Assembly: GCA_964631145.1 (NCBI GenBank)
Contig: CAZVXT010000002.1
Span: 1,140 to 65,139 of the forward strand
DNA from: an uncultured Candidatus Saccharibacteria bacterium
Lineage (GTDB): Bacteria > Patescibacteriota > Doudnabacteria > UBA920
Direction of reading: 5' to 3'
Length of the DNA stretch: 64,000 bases
The notes below the pieces were generated by a model, which saw only the letters and a list, made by a program, of their open reading frames with translations, did not search any database and was not told the origin of the DNA. The translations under genes were made by a program, and so were the position numbers. Below are positions 52,278 through 61,589 of this stretch, in pieces. Each line of letters starts with the position of its first letter. Positions within the stretch are counted from its first letter, which is position 1.

Positions 52278-54269
52278 ATGAAAAACAAAAATAAAAAAAT
52301 TCAAAAAATAATTGCTAGCTCATTATTATTACTTGTAATGTTGCCAACTTTTGTATCTGCTCAAAGTTTGCTTGGAGGATTGGATACTGTACCTGTTAAT
52401 GATGGGAGTCTTAATTCTAAGTTTGGATTTGACCAAGGGGCTTTGGGAGGGACAGTTGGCACTATCGTTAAAATAGCAGACCAGATCAACAAGATTAAGG
52501 CAGGGCTATCTTCAGTGTGTGCTAAAACAATTGAAGCCTTGGGTACTGCTACAGATGTGAGTGATTATATTTCTAAAGCACAAAATAATCCAGCTTTCTG
52601 GCAACAGATTTTAGGTGGCAGTGCGGTAGAGGCTACAACTATTACAGTTCAAATCCAATTTTTGAATGCAACTTTTGCGTGTGTTAAAAATTTTAATGAA
52701 AGCTTAAAGGATGTAAAGCCTGGAACTTTTGAAGAGTCTCAAAACTTGCAAAAACTTATTACTCACTACGGAGATATACAAACTCAATTGAGTGGGAAGA
52801 TTGAAAGCTTAAATGCGAGAGCGAGTGCAAGCTGGAAAGATGTGTTAAAAGCTGTGATGGTTAAAATGATTTTAACCTTGAACAAAAATTTAACTACAGA
52901 ACTAGTGAATGGTTTAGTTCAGAAATACAGAATAGAGGACTACTTGGCATATGGAGATGCGGTAGCTACTCAGTTGTATTCTATGAAATACATTAATGAA
53001 AATTATTCTGGTGATGCGCGTACTCAAATGATGTTGCGTTCTTTAGTACAAAGCCAGAAGTTTCCAGAAAAAGCAGCGACTGCGATGACCTTTGCAAATC
53101 AAATGGCACAAGAGCAGTTAAATAAATCTTGCGATGGTGTAAAGGATATAGAATCATCAGATACAGAAAGTTATCTAAGATGTATATCAGCATATGGACA
53201 AGCAGAAACTAGCCCCGCTTATCAATACATGCAAGCTTTAGATAAAACTTCTGTGGTATTAGCAGCTGCAAAAAATAGTACTGCGCAAGAAATTGCAACT
53301 AGTAATGGTTTTGCACCGCCTCGCGATTGTAGTGGGTCTGTTGCAGCGCAGCAACAAATTGATAGTAGTTATGATCAGGCAGTAAGTGATTTGGAAACTG
53401 CAAAAAGAACTACAGAGCTATTGTTAGATGCTTATACCAAAAACCCAACTCCTGCTCAAGAGGCAGAGTACAATAAAGCTTTTGCCGCAGAGCAAATTGC
53501 AGAAGACAAATTAAACAATTTAAGCAAAAACACTAAAACCCCTGTCATAGATATTTGTAAAGCAATTACCGCACCAAGCAATTTTGTTTCTGATCAGATT
53601 AATAATTTCTTAAAACAACATTTGGATCAAGCTTCCCAATTAAAGAGTGATAACTTGCCATTTTATGCAAACTTCTTAAGCGACGTTGCAAGTAACTTTT
53701 TAACCAACTTAATTGTGGGTGGAAAAAGCACTGGTCAAGTATTTAAGGAAGCTGGTTATCAGGCATTAGGCGGCACAATTGTGGCATTGTCTGACGCTCA
53801 AAAGCAAGCTGCTAAAAATACAACTGGTCCAATTACTCCAGGTAAAATAACCGAAGGGTATGTAAAGATTTATGCTAGAGAAGTGGTTAATAGTGATTTG
53901 ACCGGTGATAATACCACTACTTTAAGTGCTGGCAAGAACTATGCGATCGTCGTAGACTTTAAAGACTTGGTTAGTACTGGTGACGCTAACTATACACCAG
54001 TAAGAATGGTTGTTAGCGGAGTAGCGGGCGGTCCGTTAAACTTTGATATTAGCTCTGCAGAATTGAATAGCGGTACTGTCACTTTTGATGTGAGTAACGC
54101 TACAAAATCCTTTACAGTTAAAGTTTTGTTATATTCTAAGTTGGCTGGTACACCAGAAAACTTAATTAGAGCTGAAGGTTGGAGTCAAAACTTTGGAGTT
54201 GGGGTTGTACAAGGCGTAAGTACTGTAAGTTTTTATCCACGCGGTACTTTTGCCCCTAGAGGGAATTAA
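52278..54269 (+). CDS. Large secreted protein of 663 aa in the T4SS-like operon.
   Basis: The signal peptide is 'IIASSLLLLVMLPTFVSAQS'. It starts 1 nt after the previous stop. A terminator hairpin lies at 54301-54332. Confidence 0.5.
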   Translation: MKNKNKKIQKIIASSLLLLVMLPTFVSAQSLLGGLDTVPVNDGSLNSKFGFDQGALGGTVGTIVKIADQINKIKAGLSSVCAKTIEALGTATDVSDYISKAQNNPAFWQQILGGSAVEATTITVQIQFLNATFACVKNFNESLKDVKPGTFEESQNLQKLITHYGDIQTQLSGKIESLNARASASWKDVLKAVMVKMILTLNKNLTTELVNGLVQKYRIEDYLAYGDAVATQLYSMKYINENYSGDARTQMMLRSLVQSQKFPEKAATAMTFANQMAQEQLNKSCDGVKDIESSDTESYLRCISAYGQAETSPAYQYMQALDKTSVVLAAAKNSTAQEIATSNGFAPPRDCSGSVAAQQQIDSSYDQAVSDLETAKRTTELLLDAYTKNPTPAQEAEYNKAFAAEQIAEDKLNNLSKNTKTPVIDICKAITAPSNFVSDQINNFLKQHLDQASQLKSDNLPFYANFLSDVASNFLTNLIVGGKSTGQVFKEAGYQALGGTIVALSDAQKQAAKNTTGPITPGKITEGYVKIYAREVVNSDLTGDNTTTLSAGKNYAIVVDFKDLVSTGDANYTPVRMVVSGVAGGPLNFDISSAELNSGTVTFDVSNATKSFTVKVLLYSKLAGTPENLIRAEGWSQNFGVGVVQGVSTVSFYPRGTFAPRGN

Positions 54270-54478
54270 GAACTTTAAAAACATAACAATAAAAACCGCT
54301 GATCATATAATCAGCGGTTTTTCTTATAAAAGATTTTTTAGATTGAAGAGTATATTTTTTGAATTTTCAATCCTTAAAATTGATTTTAAATTATATAAAA
54401 TTTAATTTGGGTTTTACACATCTAATATGGTATAATTATTTTAAGTTTTGAGATAAATTTTACCAAAATTTTAAGACC

Positions 54479-57400
54479 GTGAATCAGAAACAAACATCAA
54501 AATTACACAATAAATTTAGAAACAAATTTTTGATTTTTAAGAAGCCTTTACTCCTATTTTTGGCTTTTGTTTTGTTAATGCCGATTGTTATAACATTGAC
54601 AAACACTGCAAAAGCCGGGGCTTCTTTTAATTTTTCAGAAAGCGGAACTTTATCTGACGAATCAAAGACAGGAAATTGCCCTGTTAACAAAATGCCTTTT
54701 AAATCTGTGATTGAAGTGAATAAGCCTCAAAATGCAGGTGGACTGCTTTCTAATAGCACTTTTACTACAGGTATCAATCAGGATTTGAAGTTTTATGTTA
54801 GCATGGAGGTGACAAATAATACTGGAATAAGAGGTGCGGTAGATAGTGTATCTGGTGGTGCGGCAAACTTTCAAACGATAGTTGATAACTGTAAGGCTCA
54901 GGCAGAAGCTGGCAAGATTAACCTAAGGGCAGTTATAGATTATAAAAGATTTACAGTAGCTGGTAATAACCCTTATATTGCTGCTGGTCAATTGCGTACC
55001 CCAGCAGTAACAATGACTTTTGGGAATGGTAAATTAGAAGCCAATTTAACAACTAAAATCCCAACTTCAAGTTTGGGTGGAGCTATTGTTGGTGACAATA
55101 GTCCTAGTTCGACAGGTGATAGAATAATTGTTTCATTTGAGGTCACTGCAAATGTAGGGACTACTTGGAATCGAAATATTAGTGGAACTGGAATAACTGG
55201 ACTACTTCAAAAGGCTAATGTAAATGATGAATCTGTAACTCAGGCTGTAAATCAATCTAAAGAAGTTGGAACTAGTACAACTGTGGATTTGCAAGACGTT
55301 GCAAAATCTTTAACTTTGGATAGTACAAAAGATAAAAAAGGATTTGAAACAGTTTATAGATACGCTGAAGATCAAAAGGATACAGATTCTGCAAGGCAAG
55401 GTAAAATTCAAATTCCGTTTTATTTAAGCTGGAAAGGTACTGGATCACCTCCGTTGTTAAATTCTCCTTTGATTAGGCAACAAGACGCTCTTTTTAAAGG
55501 GGCTTTAGATGGCTTCTACTTGGGTATCTCTAAAGAGTATAAAAATGACAAATCAACTCCGCAATGTGGTAGTACTATCACGGATTTTTGGTGTACTTCA
55601 TTAATTTTAGATCAGGCTCCAAAACAAGCTAGAGAATTAGATGTTCAAGACACTTTGAATTTATCTTATGCAAATATATCTGCTTTAGACACAGATACCG
55701 CAGCTGCTTCTACTGCAACCACCAAACCAAAGTTGGTCAAAAAAGCCGTTGCTTTGCCTATGGTATCAGTTAAGGCAAGCAATGATAATGCAGTAATGAC
55801 TAATAATTCATCTGCTATTACTATCGAAGTTTATGCAACCTTTGAAGATTTGAAAAAAGCTTGCCAAGAAGCAGATGCAAATGCTGATTGTTCTAAACCA
55901 GAAAATTTATATTACGGACATAAATATACAGAAGTAACAACTACAGGAGCCCAAGATTCTAAAGATACAACCGCTAAAACTTTAATTGATTTTCTTCGTC
56001 GCGTTGTTGTTGATATTACATTGCTGCTTACAGGATTAATTTATAAGATTTTTTCATTCATTTTAGTCCCAGTATTAAAAGCACTCTTAAGTATTCATCC
56101 ATATGAAGATAAATTTGTAGATTTTATCTACCCTGGTTGGGTTATTATTAGAAACCTGACTAACATTGCATTTATCATTGCCCTTCTTGTTATGGGGTTA
56201 AAAGTTATGTTTAGACAAGAAGGGGTAGGTAATAGCCAAGGGTTTTTAGTTCGCCTAATTTTAATGGCATTGTTAGTTAATTTTAGCTTAGTTATAGGTC
56301 AAAGCGTGGTAGCCATAGCAGACACGGTACAGTCTCAATTTTTACCAGAAAATAATAAGGTACTCGAAGTTCTGGGTCAGAAATTAATGGTAGACCCTGT
56401 AATTATATTTAGAGATAGCTTAAATGACCCTAATAATAATTTTTCTGAAACCCCTGCTGCAAGTGATATTTTTAAACCAATAGTTTTGTTGGTGTTATCT
56501 ATAGCTTCATTTTTTGCTTTTGTTGCATTAGCTGGTCTTATCTTTGTACGTATTATTATGCTTTGGGTTTTGTATATGGTTTCGCCATTTGCATATTTTG
56601 GTAGACTCCTTAAAGAAACGCAAAAGTATGCTGATCAATGGTGGAGTGAATTTATAAAGCAGACCATGACAGTACCAATACTCGCTTTCTTCTTAAATAT
56701 CACAGCTTTAATGGCAACTACATTTGCTGTTCGCACAGGAAGCTCTGTAACTGTTTCTCCGGCAAACGAATATCTGCTTGGCGGTATTACTGGAGATTTG
56801 GCAACTTTTACCATCACAGTTATTTCTCATTTTGTTGTTTTGATATTTTTGGGCGCAGGAATGGTCTATGCAACATCTGCTGGAGGTATTGGCTCTAAAG
56901 CGGTTGTTAAATATGCTAAGAAAGGGTTTGATAACTTTACTACCAGACCTGCTAAATGGGCATATAATCAAGCTAAAGATTTGGGTAAGTATGGAGTTAA
57001 ACAAGGCAAACTATTTGGAAAAGACGCTGCAAATACTTTTTACGAACGCAATATCGCTGGTGGTATGCTTGACCTTAAAAAATGGAAAGATAATTGGAAG
57101 TCTTCTGTTGCAGAAACTACTAAAAGACGAAAAGCAGAGAGATTGGCACGTAATGCTCAAAAGCTTGGACCTGGAAACTTATTGCCTAAAGATGCGACAA
57201 GTTGGGCTGAGTTAGGTAAAAATTGGAAACAAGCTGGCAAGTATTTAGCAGCAAAAATTAAAGGACGTGGACCTGATGGCTTATTAAATAATGCTAATAA
57301 ATTCCAAGAAGCATCTCAGATATTAACAGATAATGATCGTGCTGCGTTAATGAGCAGATATGCAAATCATGTAAGTGACAAAGCAGATATTGATCATGAA

Positions 57401-58597
57401 AAGTATTTATTAGAAGATCACGGTGCTATTACTATTGAAAGAGCAACAAAATATAAAGATAATCTCCAAAAAATGGCAGATTCTGCAGACAAGCAGGCTA
57501 AAGATTTAGAAAAAGGTATGCAGAAAAAAATTAATAATGGCACTATTGATGCTAATGGAGAAGAAGCGACTAAGACTAAAAAGAAAATAGCTGATTTAAG
57601 ACAAGATGCACAGCAGTACCAAGATGGGGCTAAGAATCTTGACGCTGCTATTGGTAGAAGTCAGGCTGCAGGCAGCAATGAAGTATCATTAGAAAATAAA
57701 AATGTAGATTTAAATTTGGTCAGCCCGGTATTAAAAGTTGATCAATTATCTATAGACTTAGAGGATGATAGTAAAAAAGCAGCTAAAGTTATCAAAGCAG
57801 ATAAAGAATCTATAGATCTGGATGATAAACGTCGAGAGCAATATGGTATTCAACATATTACTGAAGATCAACAGAAAGATTTTAGGAGGCAAAGTGATTC
57901 TTATCGAGATGAAGCTAAGAGTGTAAATATGGTCACTTCAAAAGAAGGTCAAGCTGCACTTAATATACTTAAGAAAGATGCAGCAGAAAAAATTGAAAAA
58001 ATTGATGATGTGGATGGATTAAAAGAAATTTATAAAGAAGCATTGGCTAAAAATAACTCCGCGTTGGCAGCTGCCATAGCAGAAAAAATGGCTAAAATAG
58101 GTGGATTGGATGACTTGCTTAAGATGAGGGGATTTGATAATAACCTTAAAGATTTTCAAAGATTTATTGATCAAGAGTTTAAAAACTTGGCACCTCAGTT
58201 AAGGTTGCAATTAGGATCGCAAATTTCTTATATTGCTAAAGGTAATGGAAATGCTGTGTTAGGAAATGCAACAACATACGAATATAATAAAGGCACAGGA
58301 GAGGTTGTTGTTAATTGGTCTCAAGAAGGATTGGCTAGTAAAAAGTTGGATGCTAAGCAAAAAAGCGATCGTCCAGATGTTGCTTCTAAGTATAAAAAGA
58401 CAGATATTTCTAAAGAAGCTGGGGGACTATGGTATTTGAACCAAGGTTTTGTGGATGCTATGAATAACTGGAATCCTGCTGCAGTAGACAACTTTGTTAA
58501 GGATGCACCAACTTCATTAGTGAAACATATATTGGACTCGAAAGGTAGCGAGCAAATCAAAACTAGTGTGAAAAATATTTTAAGCAGCGTAGTATAA
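54479..58597 (+). CDS. Giant VirB6/TrbL-like polytopic membrane protein of 1372 aa. It has an N-terminal ~480-aa exported domain, a central multi-TM channel-like region, and a ~570-aa charged coiled-coil C-terminal domain.
   Basis: It has a GTG start and a signal/TM 'LLLFLAFVLLMPIVITLTNTAKA'. At least 7 hydrophobic helices span residues ~500-800 (e.g. 'VVDITLLLTGLIYKIFSFILVPVL' and 'PIVLLVLSIASFFAFVALAGLIFVRIIMLWVLYMVSPFAYF'). The C-terminus is Lys/Glu/Asp-rich. Confidence 0.5.
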   Translation: MNQKQTSKLHNKFRNKFLIFKKPLLLFLAFVLLMPIVITLTNTAKAGASFNFSESGTLSDESKTGNCPVNKMPFKSVIEVNKPQNAGGLLSNSTFTTGINQDLKFYVSMEVTNNTGIRGAVDSVSGGAANFQTIVDNCKAQAEAGKINLRAVIDYKRFTVAGNNPYIAAGQLRTPAVTMTFGNGKLEANLTTKIPTSSLGGAIVGDNSPSSTGDRIIVSFEVTANVGTTWNRNISGTGITGLLQKANVNDESVTQAVNQSKEVGTSTTVDLQDVAKSLTLDSTKDKKGFETVYRYAEDQKDTDSARQGKIQIPFYLSWKGTGSPPLLNSPLIRQQDALFKGALDGFYLGISKEYKNDKSTPQCGSTITDFWCTSLILDQAPKQARELDVQDTLNLSYANISALDTDTAAASTATTKPKLVKKAVALPMVSVKASNDNAVMTNNSSAITIEVYATFEDLKKACQEADANADCSKPENLYYGHKYTEVTTTGAQDSKDTTAKTLIDFLRRVVVDITLLLTGLIYKIFSFILVPVLKALLSIHPYEDKFVDFIYPGWVIIRNLTNIAFIIALLVMGLKVMFRQEGVGNSQGFLVRLILMALLVNFSLVIGQSVVAIADTVQSQFLPENNKVLEVLGQKLMVDPVIIFRDSLNDPNNNFSETPAASDIFKPIVLLVLSIASFFAFVALAGLIFVRIIMLWVLYMVSPFAYFGRLLKETQKYADQWWSEFIKQTMTVPILAFFLNITALMATTFAVRTGSSVTVSPANEYLLGGITGDLATFTITVISHFVVLIFLGAGMVYATSAGGIGSKAVVKYAKKGFDNFTTRPAKWAYNQAKDLGKYGVKQGKLFGKDAANTFYERNIAGGMLDLKKWKDNWKSSVAETTKRRKAERLARNAQKLGPGNLLPKDATSWAELGKNWKQAGKYLAAKIKGRGPDGLLNNANKFQEASQILTDNDRAALMSRYANHVSDKADIDHEKYLLEDHGAITIERATKYKDNLQKMADSADKQAKDLEKGMQKKINNGTIDANGEEATKTKKKIADLRQDAQQYQDGAKNLDAAIGRSQAAGSNEVSLENKNVDLNLVSPVLKVDQLSIDLEDDSKKAAKVIKADKESIDLDDKRREQYGIQHITEDQQKDFRRQSDSYRDEAKSVNMVTSKEGQAALNILKKDAAEKIEKIDDVDGLKEIYKEALAKNNSALAAAIAEKMAKIGGLDDLLKMRGFDNNLKDFQRFIDQEFKNLAPQLRLQLGSQISYIAKGNGNAVLGNATTYEYNKGTGEVVVNWSQEGLASKKLDAKQKSDRPDVASKYKKTDISKEAGGLWYLNQGFVDAMNNWNPAAVDNFVKDAPTSLVKHILDSKGSEQIKTSVKNILSSVV

Positions 58598-58600
58598 ATT

Positions 58601-59605
58601 ATGAACAATGAAGAACTATTAAAAGATGCTTTACAAAGATTGAATGCCAAAAGTGCAGTCGAGCTTTTAAATATGTCTGAAAAAAATCCAAGCATGAACC
58701 TGGATAATATTACTAAGATAAGATTATCTTATGTAAGGATGAATAGTCTTTCGTTGAACAGGCTTACAGATTTGATGCAGCAATCCATTTTGCAAAGCTA
58801 TACTCTGCCAGATTTTCTATTATCAGAAAAAATAGAAACATTTGCAGAGCTGTTATTTGATCCAGAGCAAGAAATTGAGCTTTACGATCGTATAGGATTT
58901 ATTTTGAGCGGCAGCACTGAACGCGTGGTAACGCAAAGTATTACTATTAATGGTAAGGCGGAAGTTGCTACAATTAGCAATTTTATTGCTGACTATATTA
59001 ATACCTTTAATGAAGTTGACCGAGATGCTTTAACTCAACTTAAATATATTAACAATTCTCCTAATGTTAAAGATTTATTAGAAGTTCAGAGAGCTGTAAT
59101 CAAAGATTTGCTTAAGCTATATGATAAAGCTGAAGATATGGTAGTAATGTGGCAAACTCTTCCTACTGTAGAAAATCCAAAACAAATTGAAGAGTTGTTT
59201 GATATACAAGATTATTACCCAGGAATAGAAAAAGCAGAAGAATCAACTGGTTCTAAGGATGCATTTAATGATCAGAGTCAAAATCAAAATGTAATAAAAG
59301 AAGAGCCGGCTAAGGCTGTTGTGCATCAACGCTCAGAACAGCCTGTACTTCCAAAACGTGTTGTCCAACCTATCCCAACAAGGGTAAATGAGCCTCGTGT
59401 TATAGAGGCTTTGACTCCTCAAAATAAAACAAGTACCCCAGCCATGGATGTCTTACGAGCAAATTATTCTCCAAAAGGAATTATGCAGAGCAATGGTACT
59501 AATATAAAAATTAAAGATGAAGTAGACAGATTACAGGAAGATCAAAAAAAATTTGCTGATATTCAAAAAAAGTTAGATGAATTAAAGACTAGAAAGTCTA
59601 AATAA
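58601..59605 (+). CDS. Hypothetical T4SS-operon protein.
   Basis: 334-aa ORF located 4 nt after the previous gene, with a charged C-terminal coiled coil. Confidence 0.45.
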   Translation: MNNEELLKDALQRLNAKSAVELLNMSEKNPSMNLDNITKIRLSYVRMNSLSLNRLTDLMQQSILQSYTLPDFLLSEKIETFAELLFDPEQEIELYDRIGFILSGSTERVVTQSITINGKAEVATISNFIADYINTFNEVDRDALTQLKYINNSPNVKDLLEVQRAVIKDLLKLYDKAEDMVVMWQTLPTVENPKQIEELFDIQDYYPGIEKAEESTGSKDAFNDQSQNQNVIKEEPAKAVVHQRSEQPVLPKRVVQPIPTRVNEPRVIEALTPQNKTSTPAMDVLRANYSPKGIMQSNGTNIKIKDEVDRLQEDQKKFADIQKKLDELKTRKSK

Positions 59606-59613
59606 ATTTTGTT

Positions 59614-60408
59614 ATGAACGAATTAAAAGTTCGACAATTAAAACAGCTGATAAATATTAGTACCGTGTTAAGCCCTCAAGAAAAACAAGAATGGCTTGGT
59701 CTTTTAGAATTGATGAATGATAAACAACTTACTGAATTAGAGCATATATTGGTGCCTAAACCTGCTGTAGAGCCTAAAGTAGAAACAGGTGAAGTAAAGA
59801 CACCGTCTTTAAGCCATATTTCTAGTTTGCCAAATAAAGTGACTATTCCTCAAAACTTTATTAAGTCCACAATTCCTATTAAAGAATCTACTACAGAACC
59901 GATAAAAGTTGCTGTAAATCCTTTAGAAGAAAAACAAAAACAAGCTATCATTAGCAATGAGTCAAATATGGCAGTTGCAGATGGGAAAAATATTGAAGTT
60001 TCTGCTGGGGTGCAACCAAAAAAACAAATTTCAATAATTAGAACTCCTCCTAAAACACCTGATATTAAAGCTGATTTAAATAATATCGAAAGAAATAATA
60101 CAGATATCCCTGAGGTTATACCACCTCCTGCAGAGTTATCAATCGAAGAATTAGAAAATTTATCAGTATCAAATCTAAGAAATTGGGGAGCAAAAGCATT
60201 TATAAAAGTCTTAAGTAAAACAGCATCTGTATATGGTTATTTTGTAACATTGCAAGAATTTGAAAAGAGCCAGTTATATAAAGATTATTTAGAGTATGGT
60301 AGAACCGGCTTGATGATGAATGGTGATTCTAATAAATTAAAGTTAACTCATTCGGAATTTGAGACAATCATAGATTCTATTGCTGCGATGCAGGTTAATA
60401 AGACTTAA
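59614..60408 (+). CDS. Hypothetical T4SS-operon protein.
   Basis: 264-aa ORF. Confidence 0.45.
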   Translation: MNELKVRQLKQLINISTVLSPQEKQEWLGLLELMNDKQLTELEHILVPKPAVEPKVETGEVKTPSLSHISSLPNKVTIPQNFIKSTIPIKESTTEPIKVAVNPLEEKQKQAIISNESNMAVADGKNIEVSAGVQPKKQISIIRTPPKTPDIKADLNNIERNNTDIPEVIPPPAELSIEELENLSVSNLRNWGAKAFIKVLSKTASVYGYFVTLQEFEKSQLYKDYLEYGRTGLMMNGDSNKLKLTHSEFETIIDSIAAMQVNKT

Positions 60409-60454
60409 AATGGTATAATTATTAAGGAGATGTTTATTTAAATTATAAGTAATT

Positions 60455-60901
60455 ATGCAGTTTCCTGTACCACAATTTACAGATGTAGAGGATAAAATTA
60501 TTGCCGGACTTACATTTAAGCAGTTTGGTATTATTTTTGGTGCCGCAGTATTTACATTTGTTATTTATGTTATAACTAAGAACATTCCTATTACCATAGG
60601 CTTTGGAGTATTAACTGGACTTCCTTCATTGGCATTAGTATTTGGTAAGCTCAATGGTAGACCTTTGTATGCTAGCGCCGGAGCATTTATTCAATATTTA
60701 TTTGGCGCAAAAGTGTATACATATCATAAAGCTGGATACAAAGAAGTAGAAATAAATACAGAGATACCTAAAGCAAAACCGGAAGTAGAGAAGATAGATC
60801 GATCTCCTTTAAAGTTGAAAGAACTAACTTATGCATTAGAACAAGGCAGAGAAGAAGAAAATAAAATTTTAGATATTATTAATAAAGATAAGCAAAAATA
60901 G
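60455..60901 (+). CDS. PrgI-family / VirB3-like small membrane protein.
   Basis: 'DVEDKIIAGLTFKQFGIIFGAAVFTFVIYVI' matches the PrgI-family N-terminal motif (..EDKIIgGLTlRQ..). It has two TMs and sits immediately upstream of the VirB4 module, as in Gram-positive T4SSs. Confidence 0.55.
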   Translation: MQFPVPQFTDVEDKIIAGLTFKQFGIIFGAAVFTFVIYVITKNIPITIGFGVLTGLPSLALVFGKLNGRPLYASAGAFIQYLFGAKVYTYHKAGYKEVEINTEIPKAKPEVEKIDRSPLKLKELTYALEQGREEENKILDIINKDKQK

Positions 60902-60906
60902 CTTAC

Positions 60907-61587
60907 ATGGCAGAAAAGAAAAACCAAAACCAAGGACAATCTTCAACTCAAGAATTTTTACAAGTTTCGGAAATTAGAGATAATATTATTATCTTAAAAG
61001 ATGGAACTCTGCGTGCTGTATTAGCTGTTTCTAGCACTAATTTTGATTTAAAGAGCGAAGAAGAACAAAATGCTTTGATTTATTCATATCAGAGATTTTT
61101 AAATTCGCTTGAGTTTAGTATTCAGATTTTGATGCAGAGTCGAAAAATGGAAATTGCTGACTACACAGAAAAGCTTAGGCAGATTATGGATAAGCAGACA
61201 ACCGAGCTTATGAGAATGCAAACCGCAGAATATATAGATTTTATAGATAGGCTCGTAGAATCTGCAAATGTCATGAATAAAAGTTTTTATGTAGTCGTTC
61301 CTTATGATATGAGCGTAAATCCAGGAACAACAAGCTTTTTTAGTAAATTATTTGGAAGCGGTAAAACAAAAGAAATCGAAGATAAAAGAGTAAATCTAGA
61401 AACGTATGGCAAGCAGTTAGACGAACGCGTTACGACAATCGAAAATAATTTAGCAGGCTGTGGTTTAAAAGTTATGAGACTTCAAACAGGGCAATTGATA
61501 GAGTTAATTTATAATTCTTACAATTTTAGTGCAGGTCCTTCTATAGATGCTAGCCAGCTTTCGCAAATCAATATTAAAGCACAGTAA
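60907..61587 (+). CDS. Protein resembling the N-terminal domain of Gram-positive VirB4 (PrgJ/ConE/TraE). It is encoded separately from the ATPase.
   Basis: 'VSEIRDNIIILKDGTLRAVLAVSSTNFDLKSEEEQNALIYSYQRFLNSLEFSIQIL' resembles the N-terminal segment of VirB4-family ATPases. Its stop lies 2 nt before the ATPase ATG. The combined length (226+614 aa) matches a full VirB4, with the Walker A at a position equivalent to residue ~490. Confidence 0.45.
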   Translation: MAEKKNQNQGQSSTQEFLQVSEIRDNIIILKDGTLRAVLAVSSTNFDLKSEEEQNALIYSYQRFLNSLEFSIQILMQSRKMEIADYTEKLRQIMDKQTTELMRMQTAEYIDFIDRLVESANVMNKSFYVVVPYDMSVNPGTTSFFSKLFGSGKTKEIEDKRVNLETYGKQLDERVTTIENNLAGCGLKVMRLQTGQLIELIYNSYNFSAGPSIDASQLSQINIKAQ

Positions 61588-61589
61588 TT

